Source: Bacilli bacterium (GTDB lineage Bacteria; Bacillota_I; Bacilli_A; RFN20; CAG-826). From it: 64,000 nt of DNA. The notes below the pieces were generated by a model. That model was not told the origin of the DNA, did not search any database, and saw only the letters and a list, made by a program, of their open reading frames with translations. The stretch covers positions 117,632 through 181,631 of the forward strand of contig JBAZED010000001.1 in NCBI GenBank assembly GCA_041654095.1. Direction: 5' to 3'. Both the position numbers and the translations under genes were made by a program. Position 1 is the first letter of the stretch; each line of letters begins with the position of its first letter. Positions 50,256-60,207 of this stretch are shown here, piece after piece.

Positions 50256-50277
50256 TTATCAAAAATATTTTTGATAA
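50256..50277. repeat. 22-bp perfect AT-rich palindrome
   Basis: TTATCAAAAAT|ATTTTTGATAA, 25 nt after the relA stop and 28 nt upstream of the hisS -35. Confidence 0.9.
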
Positions 50278-50304
50278 TTTCGCAATCGGCCCCCGCGGTG
50301 TCAA

Positions 50305-50334
50305 TTGACACTTATAGTTGTTTTAAACTATAAT
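50305..50334 (+). promoter_or_regulatory. sigma-A promoter of hisS-aspS
   Basis: TTGACA - 18 nt - TATAAT (consensus hexamers); short ~40-nt leader with no T-box. Confidence 0.7.
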
Positions 50335-50375
50335 ATACTATTGTGTCAAACATAGATTAGGAGGGCCTTTATTTT

Positions 50376-51677
50376 ATGGAAGTAAAACCTGTTAAGGGCA
50401 CGCATGACATCCTCGGCTCAGAGACGCTGCTCTATCAGAGAATCGAAGATTCACTCGCCAAAATTGCCCACACTTATGGTTATTTAGAATATCGGACGCC
50501 AATCATCGAGCACACCGAACTCTTTTCCCGTTCCGTCGGAGGTTCGAGCGACATCGTCCGCAAAGAGATGTACACCTTTTTCGATAAAGGCAATCGCTCC
50601 TTATCGCTGCGGCCCGAAGTGACGGCCAGCATCATCCGCACCATCGTCAATAACAAATTATATGCTTCAGCTGATTTGCCGATTAAAGCCAGTTATATCG
50701 GCCCGGCCTTTCGCTATGAAAGACCGCAAGCCGGCCGCTATCGGCAGTTCAGCCAGTTCGGCGTGGAAGCCGTCGGCCTCGATTCGCATCTTATTGATGC
50801 GGAAGTCATCTCACTCGGCTATCACGCATTAAAATCTTTGGAGTTCAAAGATATCACTCTTAAAATCAACACCCTCGGGGATGATGAATCGCGCAATAAT
50901 TATCGCGGAGCCCTCCGCGAATACTTTACTAATCACATACATAGTATGTGTTCTGACTGTCAAGAACGTTTGCAGACCAATCCTCTGCGCATCCTCGACT
51001 GCAAAGTCGAAGAAGATCGCCAGATCATCAAAGGCGCGCCGCGCATTCAGGATTTTCTCTCCAAAGCTTCTAAAGAGAGATTTGATAAAACGGTCAATCT
51101 TCTCGACGCATTAAACATTAAATTCGATATCGACGAGAGTCTCGTCCGCGGATTGGATTACTATTCCGAAGTCGTTTTCGAATATCACTATATCGCCCCG
51201 GATGGCAAAACAATCGGCGCCTTAGGCGGCGGCGGTCACTATTCGCATCTCGTCGAAGAGCTCGGTGGACCCAATTTATCTGGTGTCGGCCTGTCTTTCG
51301 GCATCGAGCGCCTCGCTCAGGTCATCGCGAGCGAAAGGCTCTTATCTGAAGCCTTCCCATTGCTAGCTTTTTACGTGATGCCGGTCGGCGAAATCGATCT
51401 TGAAAAGATCTATCACATCACCGAAAAAATCCATCGGCTCGGTTACCCGTGCGAGATGTCTTACGAAGTAAGGCCGCTAAAAACGCTCTTTAAAAGAGCG
51501 GAGCGGCGCGCAGCGTTGTTCGCCGTCATCGTCGGCAGCGAAGAACTTGAAAAGAATGTCATCACGTTAAAAAACATGCGGACCAAAGAGCAATCGGTCG
51601 TCGCCCTCGATGACTTTGAGCGCGTCGCCGAGCAAGTCGTTGAAGAAGAGATCATCGCCATCGGCGAAACGAGGTAA
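50376..51677 (+). CDS. hisS: Histidyl-tRNA synthetase
   Basis: Class II motifs; 433 aa; GGAGGG RBS. Confidence 0.95.
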   Translation: MEVKPVKGTHDILGSETLLYQRIEDSLAKIAHTYGYLEYRTPIIEHTELFSRSVGGSSDIVRKEMYTFFDKGNRSLSLRPEVTASIIRTIVNNKLYASADLPIKASYIGPAFRYERPQAGRYRQFSQFGVEAVGLDSHLIDAEVISLGYHALKSLEFKDITLKINTLGDDESRNNYRGALREYFTNHIHSMCSDCQERLQTNPLRILDCKVEEDRQIIKGAPRIQDFLSKASKERFDKTVNLLDALNIKFDIDESLVRGLDYYSEVVFEYHYIAPDGKTIGALGGGGHYSHLVEELGGPNLSGVGLSFGIERLAQVIASERLLSEAFPLLAFYVMPVGEIDLEKIYHITEKIHRLGYPCEMSYEVRPLKTLFKRAERRAALFAVIVGSEELEKNVITLKNMRTKEQSVVALDDFERVAEQVVEEEIIAIGETR

Positions 51678-51681
51678 GAAG

Positions 51682-53409
51682 ATGGAGAGAACATGTTATA
51701 ACGCCAGTCTGAGCATCAAAGATGTCGGACGTTCAGTCACCCTAATAGGGTGGGTGAGCAAGAAACGCAACTTAGGCAGTTTGCTCTTCATCGATCTTCG
51801 CGATCGGAGCGGCATCGTGCAAATCACCGTCAAAGATGATGTCAAGGTTCCCGATGTTCGCAATGAATACGTTCTTCAAGTCAAAGGAACTGTATCTAAA
51901 AAAGATATCCCTAACCCCAAATTGAAAACCGGTGCAATCGAAATCATCGCCCGCGAAATCATCGTCGTCAATGAAGCGGTGACAACACCTCTCATCATCG
52001 ACGACGAAACCGACGCCTTGGAAGATGTTCGCCTCAAATATCGCTACTTGGATTTGCGGCGCCCAATCATGCAAGAAAAACTGAAAGTGCGGTCGCAGAT
52101 CGTCAAGGCGGCGCACGAATATCTCGATAGTCGCGACTTCTTAGAAGTCGAAACACCGATTTTGACCTTGTCGACGCCCGAAGGAGCCCGCGATTACGTC
52201 GTTCCTTCTCGCATTCATCACGGTTCGTTTTACGCTTTGCCACAATCGCCCCAACTTTTTAAGCAATTGCTCATGATTGGCGGCCTTGAGCGCTATTATC
52301 AAATCGCGCGGTGTTTTCGCGATGAGGATCTGCGCGCTGATCGGCAACCCGATTTTACGCAAATCGATATCGAGACGAGCTTCCTCGATGAAGACCAAAT
52401 CCTGACGCTGATGGAAGACCTTCTAAAGAAGATTTTCAAAGACGTCATCAATTACGAGATTTCGCTGCCGCTTAGACGCCTCAGTTACGACGAAGCTTTA
52501 AACCGTTTCGGAAGCGATAAACCAGACACCCGTTTTGGTCTTGAGCTTCAAGATGTCACCAATCTAGTCCACAAGACGCCGTTTGCACTCTTCAATCAGA
52601 GCGCCTGCAGCAAAGCGATCGTCATCCCCGGCTATGCCGAAGGGACTTCGCGTAAGAACATTGATGAATTGCAGTTCGAAGCCAAAAAGTTTCGGCTGTC
52701 GAGTTTCATCGCATTAAAAGTCAAAGGCGAGCACCTCGAAGGGGGCGCGGCTAAATTCTTTGACGATAACAATGCTAAAGCATTGATTTCGTTCTTAAAA
52801 GCCGGAAATAATGACTTAATAATCATCGCTTCGTCAAATAATCACGACAATGTCTGCTTTGGCCTCGGCGCTTTAAGAACGAGATACGCGCGAGAGCTGC
52901 ATCTCGTCAAACCTGATACCTACGATTTATTATGGGTCGTCGATTTCCCGCTTTTCGAAAGAGATCAGGAGAGCGGCAAGCTGAGCCCACTTCACCATCC
53001 TTTTACGCGCCCGACTCCGCAAACCGCCCAATATCTCGAAAGCGATCCGGCTCGTGTTCACGCCTCAGCTTATGACATAGTCATAAATGGCTATGAAGCC
53101 GGCGGTGGTTCCCTCAGAATATACGATCAAAAAATGCAGAGGACGATTTTTGAAGTTCTCGGCCTTAGCGACGTTGATATCAAGAACAAATTTGGCTTCT
53201 TCCTCGATGCCTTTAAATATGGCACTCCTCCGCATGGTGGCATCGCCTTTGGCCTCGATCGTTTAACCATGATTTTAAGCGGGACCGACAACATTCGCGA
53301 CGTCATCGCTTTTCCGAAGAACTTGCGAGCTTCGTGCCCGATGACGGATGCCCCATCCAAGATTGATCAGGAACAGCTTGATGAGTTGGGAATTAAGATT
53401 GTTGAATAA
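51682..53409 (+). CDS. aspS: Aspartyl-tRNA synthetase
   Basis: N-terminal anticodon-binding OB fold, class II core (QSPQLFKQLLM, FRDEDLRADRQ); ATG 51682 with GAGG RBS preferred over the upstream overlapping start. Confidence 0.95.
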   Translation: MERTCYNASLSIKDVGRSVTLIGWVSKKRNLGSLLFIDLRDRSGIVQITVKDDVKVPDVRNEYVLQVKGTVSKKDIPNPKLKTGAIEIIAREIIVVNEAVTTPLIIDDETDALEDVRLKYRYLDLRRPIMQEKLKVRSQIVKAAHEYLDSRDFLEVETPILTLSTPEGARDYVVPSRIHHGSFYALPQSPQLFKQLLMIGGLERYYQIARCFRDEDLRADRQPDFTQIDIETSFLDEDQILTLMEDLLKKIFKDVINYEISLPLRRLSYDEALNRFGSDKPDTRFGLELQDVTNLVHKTPFALFNQSACSKAIVIPGYAEGTSRKNIDELQFEAKKFRLSSFIALKVKGEHLEGGAAKFFDDNNAKALISFLKAGNNDLIIIASSNNHDNVCFGLGALRTRYARELHLVKPDTYDLLWVVDFPLFERDQESGKLSPLHHPFTRPTPQTAQYLESDPARVHASAYDIVINGYEAGGGSLRIYDQKMQRTIFEVLGLSDVDIKNKFGFFLDAFKYGTPPHGGIAFGLDRLTMILSGTDNIRDVIAFPKNLRASCPMTDAPSKIDQEQLDELGIKIVE

Positions 53410-53466
53410 ATTTATTACATCGTAATAACGAAACTAAATATATACTAAAAAACAACCAAGGAGAAC

Positions 53467-55455
53467 ATGATGAAAGCCATTGAAAAGAATCAGATTGATC
53501 AATTAGCCGTCAGCGCTATTCGCGCCATGTGCATCGATGTTACTAACAAAGCCAAAAGCGGACATCCGGGCATGGCTTTAGGCAGCGCACCGATTATGTA
53601 TACACTGTATAAAAACCATTTAGTGGCGAATCCCCACGACCCAACGTGGATAAATCGCGATCGCTTTGTTCTCAGCGCCGGCCACGCCAGCGCCCTTTTA
53701 TACACCATGCTCCACATCAGTGGTTATGGTCTGAGCATCGACGATTTGAAAGCTTACCGGCAACTCGATTCTCTGACACCCGGGCACCCCGAATACCGCC
53801 ACACCAAAGGTGTAGAAGCGACGACGGGGCCGTTAGGTCAAGGCATCGCCCAAGCCGTGGGCATGGCTCTCGCCGAACAAGCTGTTCAAGCCCAATATGT
53901 CGATGGCCATCGGCTCGTCAACCATTACACATATTGCCTATGCGGAGATGGCTGCTTAAACGAAGGCATCAGCCAAGAAGCGATTTCTTTTGCGGGTCAT
54001 CAGCGGCTGAATAAATTAATTTTAATTTACGATGCCAACAAAGTGATGCTTGATGGCGATTTGAGCCTGTCGTTTTCCGAAAACGTCGAACTTCGCTTCC
54101 TCGCTTCGAACTGGAACGTAATCACAGTCAAAGACGGAAACGATCTCGGAGCGATCGACCGAGCCATCAGCAAAGCCAAAAAATCGACTGATTACCCGAC
54201 TCTGATTATCGTCAATACCATTATCGGATATGGTTCCTCGAAACAAGGAACTTCAAAAGTCCACGGCAATCCCCTCGGCGTCGAAGACGGGCAGAAAGCC
54301 AAGGAGTTTTATGGCTATAAATATCCTGATTTCACCATTCCGGAAGAGGTCTACCAATTATTCCGCGACACTTTTGAGAAGCGCGGAGTCGAAGAATACC
54401 AAAGATGGAAAGAAGCTCGCGATCAATACAAAGATAAAAACCCCGACGCTTACCGCGTCTTCGAACACGCCTTTAAAGGCGATGTTACCAATTATATCTA
54501 TAATAGCGTTCCGAAAGTCGAGGCCGGAAGTTCCGATTCGACGCGCAGCATCAGCGGCCACATCCTCAATGAACTGCACAACACGATTCCTTTTATCATC
54601 GGCGGATCGGCTGACGTCGCCAGCAGCGTCATGACCAAGATCAACAAAGGCTGCGATTTCACTCCGAGTTGCCGTTGCGGCAGAAATATTCACTTCGGCA
54701 TCCGCGAATTTGCCATGGCCGCCATTCAAAACGGCATGCTGCTTCACGGCGGGTTAAGGACATATGTCGGTTCCTTCTTGGTCTTCAGCGACTACATGAA
54801 AGCTGCTATTCGCCTCGCCGCTCTGTCGCGCCTTCCGGCTATTTACTTGTTCTCTCACGATTCAATCGCCTTGGGAGAAGATGGTCCGACCCATCAACCG
54901 ATTGAGCAATTAGCTATGCTAAGAAGCATCCCTAACCTAAGAGTTATTCGTCCATGTGACAACGCCGAAACGTACGGAGCGTGGCGCATCGCCCTTAAAT
55001 CCAAAGAGACGCCGACGGCTATCATCCTCTCGCGCCAAGGTTTACCGGAAATGGATGGCTCAAGCCTAGAAGACGTCGCCAAAGGAGGCTATGTCGTCTC
55101 CAGCGAAAAAGAAAAAGTTATGGCGACCATCATCGCCACGGGCAGCGAAGTCGCTTTAGCGCTCAAAGCGCAAAAGGCTCTTCTTGAAAAGAAGATCGAT
55201 GTTCGCGTCGTCTCGATGCCGTCCGTCGGTTTGTTTGAAGCGCAAGATGTCGAATATAAGAAGAGCACCCTGGCGGTCAGCAAGGATAAAATCGTCGCCG
55301 TGGAGATGCTGTCCAGCTTCGGCTGGTATCGCTATGCCGATACTGTGATGGGCATAGATGAATATGGGACGAGCGCTCCGATGGCCGATGCAATCAAGAA
55401 ATTTAACTTCACGAGCGAACGCCTCATCAGCCTCGTCGAAAAAGTCGCGAAATAG
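53467..55455 (+). CDS. tkt: Transketolase
   Basis: 662 aa; ThDP motif GDGCLNEG; AAGGAG RBS. Confidence 0.93.
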   Translation: MMKAIEKNQIDQLAVSAIRAMCIDVTNKAKSGHPGMALGSAPIMYTLYKNHLVANPHDPTWINRDRFVLSAGHASALLYTMLHISGYGLSIDDLKAYRQLDSLTPGHPEYRHTKGVEATTGPLGQGIAQAVGMALAEQAVQAQYVDGHRLVNHYTYCLCGDGCLNEGISQEAISFAGHQRLNKLILIYDANKVMLDGDLSLSFSENVELRFLASNWNVITVKDGNDLGAIDRAISKAKKSTDYPTLIIVNTIIGYGSSKQGTSKVHGNPLGVEDGQKAKEFYGYKYPDFTIPEEVYQLFRDTFEKRGVEEYQRWKEARDQYKDKNPDAYRVFEHAFKGDVTNYIYNSVPKVEAGSSDSTRSISGHILNELHNTIPFIIGGSADVASSVMTKINKGCDFTPSCRCGRNIHFGIREFAMAAIQNGMLLHGGLRTYVGSFLVFSDYMKAAIRLAALSRLPAIYLFSHDSIALGEDGPTHQPIEQLAMLRSIPNLRVIRPCDNAETYGAWRIALKSKETPTAIILSRQGLPEMDGSSLEDVAKGGYVVSSEKEKVMATIIATGSEVALALKAQKALLEKKIDVRVVSMPSVGLFEAQDVEYKKSTLAVSKDKIVAVEMLSSFGWYRYADTVMGIDEYGTSAPMADAIKKFNFTSERLISLVEKVAK

Positions 55456-55512
55456 TGATTGACTTGCTAAAAAGGCGCCGATTATTTAAGATAATCACGA
55501 CGGAGGAAACAT

Positions 55513-55848
55513 ATGGCTGATTACGTCTATATCGAAAACTATTCCAAATATGGGGTCATGGGTATTTCCCGCCGCGTTTTCGAAACGATCGCCCAGACGG
55601 CGACCAACCGCGTCAAAGGCGCGACGGTTTCGGCTAATAAATCTCGTCTTTTCACCTTGCATCGCCCGATCCAAGCCATCCTGAGGAGCAACGGCATGGT
55701 CGACATCCGCATCGATGTCGCCATCAAGAGCGGCGTCAACGTCAGCGAAGTGTGCCTCAAAATTCAAGAAGAAGTCGCCAACTCCCTGATGGCGATGACG
55801 GAAATGATACCATTTAATATAAATATTAAGGTCGCTTCCATTCAATAG
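55513..55848 (+). CDS. Asp23/Gls24-family alkaline-shock protein
   Basis: 111 aa; GGAGG RBS; typical Asp23-family size and charge pattern. Confidence 0.8.
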   Translation: MADYVYIENYSKYGVMGISRRVFETIAQTATNRVKGATVSANKSRLFTLHRPIQAILRSNGMVDIRIDVAIKSGVNVSEVCLKIQEEVANSLMAMTEMIPFNINIKVASIQ

Positions 55849-55873
55849 GCTCTCAGGAGTCTATTTTTAAAAT

Positions 55874-56404
55874 ATGAAAAAGAATGTGCCGGAGCTATCA
55901 TATACCGAAGCCCATAATCAAGCGGTGCGGCTCTATCGCAAATCCGCGATTTTTCTCCTGTGGGCCGGCATCATCTCGCTCATCGCCAACATCACCGGCG
56001 TCCTGAGCGTCGATTCGGGATATGGCATGTCTCTAGCTTTCAATGTTTTCATCAATAGCATTTTTCAAACCTCAGGATTGACCGATATTGCCAAAAGCCT
56101 ATTGATTATCGCCGTGGCGCTCGGGACCGGCGCCATCTTCGCCGCCCTCGGCTTTTTCGCCCAAAAAGGAAAAGTTCTCTATTTATTCATCGGCACAGCC
56201 CTCTATCTCGCCGATTTTGGGGCCGTATTTCTCGTCTACGGCGCGAATTGGGATGCGACCTACGCTTTTACCATCGCCACCCATTTGGTCATTCTAATCG
56301 CCCTCGGCGTGGCTATCTATGGATATATCCGTTTTCTCAATATCGAAAAGCGCTTTGAAAAAAGCTCATCGCTCTCCCTAGAAGAGATGGACGAAAGAAA
56401 ATAA
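55874..56404 (+). CDS. Membrane protein (176 aa, 4 TM), unknown function, Asp23 partner position
   Basis: Hydrophobic helices; located between asp23 and nusB. Confidence 0.55.
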   Translation: MKKNVPELSYTEAHNQAVRLYRKSAIFLLWAGIISLIANITGVLSVDSGYGMSLAFNVFINSIFQTSGLTDIAKSLLIIAVALGTGAIFAALGFFAQKGKVLYLFIGTALYLADFGAVFLVYGANWDATYAFTIATHLVILIALGVAIYGYIRFLNIEKRFEKSSSLSLEEMDERK

Positions 56405-56406
56405 TT

Positions 56407-56817
56407 ATGAGCACGAGCAACTCCCGCAATCAAAACCAAGTTCTCGCCATGTCCTGCCTTTACGACTATTTGACGCGCGTTGAAATGGAACAAGCAATTG
56501 ATGTCAAAGAACTTTTGGAGCGAGTGTGCGATGCTCCATTTGAAGAAATAGACACTTTTGTTTCCGAAGTCATCATCAAAGCTATCAAAAATCACGAAGC
56601 AATCGTCAGCTCTCTTCAAGAAAATTTGAAAAAATGGAAGTTTTCACGGTTGAATCGGATCGCTCAAGCCATTTTTCTCTTGTCGGTCGCTCATTATCGC
56701 TATGTCGGCGAAGTCGAGCGGGGCGTCGTCATCGACATCGCCATTCGCTTAGCCAAGCGCTTCCTCGATAGCGACGATTACAAATTCATCAATGGTGTTT
56801 TAGATCACACGCTATGA
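56407..56817 (+). CDS. nusB: Transcription antitermination factor NusB
   Basis: 136 aa all-helical; conserved position before xseA. Confidence 0.85.
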   Translation: MSTSNSRNQNQVLAMSCLYDYLTRVEMEQAIDVKELLERVCDAPFEEIDTFVSEVIIKAIKNHEAIVSSLQENLKKWKFSRLNRIAQAIFLLSVAHYRYVGEVERGVVIDIAIRLAKRFLDSDDYKFINGVLDHTL

Positions 56818-58028
56818 AAGCCGGAGAGTTTTACACAGTAACCAGCCTCAATCGCCACATCAAAGAAATTCTCGATGGCGATGTTTCGCTCAGCGTCGTG
56901 CGTTTAAAAGGCGAAGTGTCCAATCTTAAAAAGTATCCGAGCGGTCATTTGTATTTCACCCTCAAGGATGAGGCGAGCGTCATCTCGGCGGTCATGTTCG
57001 CCAACAACGCGGCCCACATTTCTTTTGATCTAAAAGACGGCGATGAAGTGTTGGCCTACGGTTCAGTCAGTGCCTACCCTCAGAGAGGCAGTTATCAAAT
57101 ATACATCAATGAAATTGAGCTCTTCGGTCAAGGCGCGCTTTTAGTCGAGCTCGAAAAGCTCAAGCAGAAACTGCAGGCCGAAGGGCTGTTCGATGAGAGC
57201 CGCAAACGGCCCATTGAAGCATATCCGACCGCCATCGGCATCATCTCCGCCCCCGGAAGCGCCGCCATCGAAGATATGATTAAAAATATCCATCGCCGCT
57301 ATCCAGTTGCCCAAATCTATTTCTTTCCCAGCCTCGTTCAAGGCAGCGCGGCACCGAAGGATTTGCAGCGCGCTTTTAATCTAACCGCTCAGTACGATTT
57401 ATCGACTTTGATCATCGGACGAGGTGGCGGTGCCAGCGAAGACCTCCATGCTTTTAACGATGAAAATCTCGTCCGCGCTCTAGCGACGAGCAAGACTCCG
57501 ATAATTTCGGCCATCGGCCATGAAATTGATTTCACCTTAGTCGATTTTGTCGCCGACCGCCGCGTCTCAACGCCGACGGGAGCCGCCGAACTGGCCACTC
57601 CTGATAAGCGCGAAATATACGAGAATCTCGATGCCTCACTTGAGAGGATGAATCTCGCTTTACAAAGTAAAGTCAGAGCCCTTCACGAGCGGCTTGACCT
57701 CCTTTCCAAACGTTCTTTTTTCATGGACCCCAAGACGATTTATGAGAATAAGGCCCGGGATGTCGCTGAAAAGCGCATTAGACTTGTCAACGCGATTAGG
57801 AATAACTATCTTATCGCCAATCGCGAAGTAAAAGCTTATCGGCAGAGGCTCGAAGCGCTGTCTCCGTATGGAGTTTTGCAAAGAGGCTATTCGATAATGA
57901 CCGACGAAGGTGGTAGAGTAATCGATAGTATCAACAAAGTTGATCAAGGGCAAAATGTCATCGTGACGGTCAACGATGGTATAATCAAATCGCAAGTTTC
58001 CGGCAAGGAGAGGAAGAACAATGGCTAA
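56814..58028 (+). CDS. xseA: Exodeoxyribonuclease VII large subunit
   Basis: N-terminal OB fold plus catalytic core plus C-terminal coiled coil; overlaps nusB by 4 nt. Confidence 0.92.
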   Translation: MKAGEFYTVTSLNRHIKEILDGDVSLSVVRLKGEVSNLKKYPSGHLYFTLKDEASVISAVMFANNAAHISFDLKDGDEVLAYGSVSAYPQRGSYQIYINEIELFGQGALLVELEKLKQKLQAEGLFDESRKRPIEAYPTAIGIISAPGSAAIEDMIKNIHRRYPVAQIYFFPSLVQGSAAPKDLQRAFNLTAQYDLSTLIIGRGGGASEDLHAFNDENLVRALATSKTPIISAIGHEIDFTLVDFVADRRVSTPTGAAELATPDKREIYENLDASLERMNLALQSKVRALHERLDLLSKRSFFMDPKTIYENKARDVAEKRIRLVNAIRNNYLIANREVKAYRQRLEALSPYGVLQRGYSIMTDEGGRVIDSINKVDQGQNVIVTVNDGIIKSQVSGKERKNNG

Positions 58029-58218
58029 AGAAAAAGATATCAATTTCGAAAAATTATTGGCGCGCTTAGAAGAAATCGTCTCGACGATCGAGAATAAAAC
58101 CTTGCCATTAGAGCAGAGCATCGCTCTTTACCAAGAAGGCAAAGCTATTATTAAAACGCTCGAAGAAACTCTTAAAGAAGCCGAGACAAAAATAGCCGAT
58201 ATCATTAAAGTTGAATAA
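58021..58218 (+). CDS. xseB: Exodeoxyribonuclease VII small subunit
   Basis: 65 aa helical; FEKLLARLEEIV...LEQSIALYQEG motif; overlaps xseA by 8 nt. Confidence 0.88.
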   Translation: MAKEKDINFEKLLARLEEIVSTIENKTLPLEQSIALYQEGKAIIKTLEETLKEAETKIADIIKVE

Positions 58219-58263
58219 ATATTCAATCTTATATTTTTAGTACTTATTTAGTAACTTAATAGC

Positions 58264-60153
58264 ATGGCAAAAAGACGCAGCAAAGAACTTCAAAATGTCG
58301 AGATAAAGGATATTCATGGTCCCGAATTTTTAAGAGACCTAAACTACCCCTCACTCGATCTTTTGGCGTCCAAGATCAGAACCGAGATCATCGAAAAGAC
58401 GAGCCAATACGGCGGTCACCTGTCGAGCAATTTAGGCGTTGTGGAAATAACGATCGCCCTTCATCGCATGTTTAATTTTAAACATGATAAGCTAATATTT
58501 GACGTCGGTCACCAATCATATACGCATAAGATACTGACCGGGCGCTCGCTCGAATACCTCCGCAACCGCAACGGCGTCTCGGGATTTCAAAGGATATGTG
58601 AGTCCTATTACGACTGCTTTGAAGCCGGGCACAGCTCGACGTCCTTGAGCGCTGCGCAAGGCTTTGCCTTAACTCGCGATGCCCGCGGCGAAAAATACGA
58701 TGTCGTCGCCGTCATCGGAGACGGATCGGTCGTCAATGGTCTCGCGTTTGAGGCTTTGAATAATATTTCGCACAATAAGAACAAGATTATTATCATTTTA
58801 AATGATAATGAAATGTCGATTTCCCGCCCGACTGGCGGCATGGGCAAATTCTTCTCCAAACTATCGACGGCCTCGGGATACAATCGCTTGAAGATGTCTT
58901 ATAAGCGCTTGATGTTTAAAACTAGATTGGGGCATAGCCTTTATAATTTCACCTCGCGAGTCAAAAACGCCATCAAGAGCAAATTGGTCCCGACGACGTA
59001 TTTCGATAATATGGGCTTTCAATATATCGGGTGCGTCGATGGGCACAACATTAAGGCTCTTGAAAAAGCCATTATGCGCGCCAAGAGAACGCCTAAATCA
59101 GTCGTCTTGCACGTTTCGACGATTAAGGGCAAGGGCTACAAGTACGCTGAAAACGATACCACCGGATATTGGCACGGCACGACGCCGTTTGATATCGCCA
59201 CCGGGGCGCCTAAAAATCTCCATCCTAAAGAATTGTCGTGGTCGCACCTCTTCAGCGACCTTTTGGCGGAACAAATGGCAACCAATAATGACTTAGTCAT
59301 TATATCGCCGGCCACCATCAAGGGTAGCGGACTCGAAAACCTCTTCGCTTCTTATCCGACTCGGACGTTTGATGTCGGGATTGCCGAAGGCCATGCCGTC
59401 ACTTTAGCTAGTGGTTTAGCCGTGGCCGGTACCCATCCTATCGTCTCGATCTATTCGACTTTCCTGCAGAGGGCGTTTGATCAGGTTATTCACGATATCG
59501 CCCGCATGAACTTGAATGTAACCTTTCTCGTCGACCGGTCCGGTTTGGTCGGGTCGGATGGTGAAACGCATCAAGGCCTCTATGATGAGCCTTTCTTGCT
59601 CAACACCCCGAACACGATTGTGACTATGCCTTCGAGCGATGAAGAAGCTAAATATCTCTTGAGTGAATCACTTAAAAACCACGGTCCATTCTTCATTCGC
59701 TATCCGCGCGATCTGCTCAAAAAGAATCACATCATCAGAGATGCCTCCCATGATTTCGGCAGGTGGATTCTCGAAAAAGAGGGTCGTGATAAGCGGGTCG
59801 CAATCATCGCCGTCGGGCAATTGCTCCGCTCTCTAAAAGAGATGATCATCGATGAAAATCTCGATGTTACTTTAGTAAATGCCTTGTATTTAAAACCGCA
59901 TGACGAAGGAATGCTCGCTCAATTAGCGAATTATCAGACGATCGTTATTTATGATGCATACGCAACTGAAAATGGTTTTGCCACTTATATAAAAGCTAAG
60001 CTCTGCGATCTAAATTATCGCGGCCGAATCGTCTCTTTTTCCGTTCCGGATACGTTTGTGTCCCAGGCCAAAATAATTGAGCAGCTCGAAGAATTCGGAT
60101 TGTTGCCAAAACAAGTTTTTCTCGAAATTATAAAACTCTTAGCTGATAAATGA
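58264..60153 (+). CDS. dxs: 1-deoxy-D-xylulose-5-phosphate synthase
   Basis: GGHLSSNLGVVEITIALH, DVGHQSYTHKILTGR and GDGSVVNGLAFEALNN..ILNDNEMSIS match DXS rather than transketolase. Confidence 0.88.
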   Translation: MAKRRSKELQNVEIKDIHGPEFLRDLNYPSLDLLASKIRTEIIEKTSQYGGHLSSNLGVVEITIALHRMFNFKHDKLIFDVGHQSYTHKILTGRSLEYLRNRNGVSGFQRICESYYDCFEAGHSSTSLSAAQGFALTRDARGEKYDVVAVIGDGSVVNGLAFEALNNISHNKNKIIIILNDNEMSISRPTGGMGKFFSKLSTASGYNRLKMSYKRLMFKTRLGHSLYNFTSRVKNAIKSKLVPTTYFDNMGFQYIGCVDGHNIKALEKAIMRAKRTPKSVVLHVSTIKGKGYKYAENDTTGYWHGTTPFDIATGAPKNLHPKELSWSHLFSDLLAEQMATNNDLVIISPATIKGSGLENLFASYPTRTFDVGIAEGHAVTLASGLAVAGTHPIVSIYSTFLQRAFDQVIHDIARMNLNVTFLVDRSGLVGSDGETHQGLYDEPFLLNTPNTIVTMPSSDEEAKYLLSESLKNHGPFFIRYPRDLLKKNHIIRDASHDFGRWILEKEGRDKRVAIIAVGQLLRSLKEMIIDENLDVTLVNALYLKPHDEGMLAQLANYQTIVIYDAYATENGFATYIKAKLCDLNYRGRIVSFSVPDTFVSQAKIIEQLEEFGLLPKQVFLEIIKLLADK

Positions 60154-60171
60154 ATATTGGTTTACATAATA

Positions 60172-60200
60172 TTGTTTTTATTCCTTTTTTTCTTTACAAT
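60172..60200 (+). promoter_or_regulatory. candidate promoter for dinB (near-leaderless)
   Basis: TTGTTT - 17 nt - TACAAT, ending 7 nt before the ATG at 60208. Confidence 0.4.
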
Positions 60201-60207
60201 GTAATCG

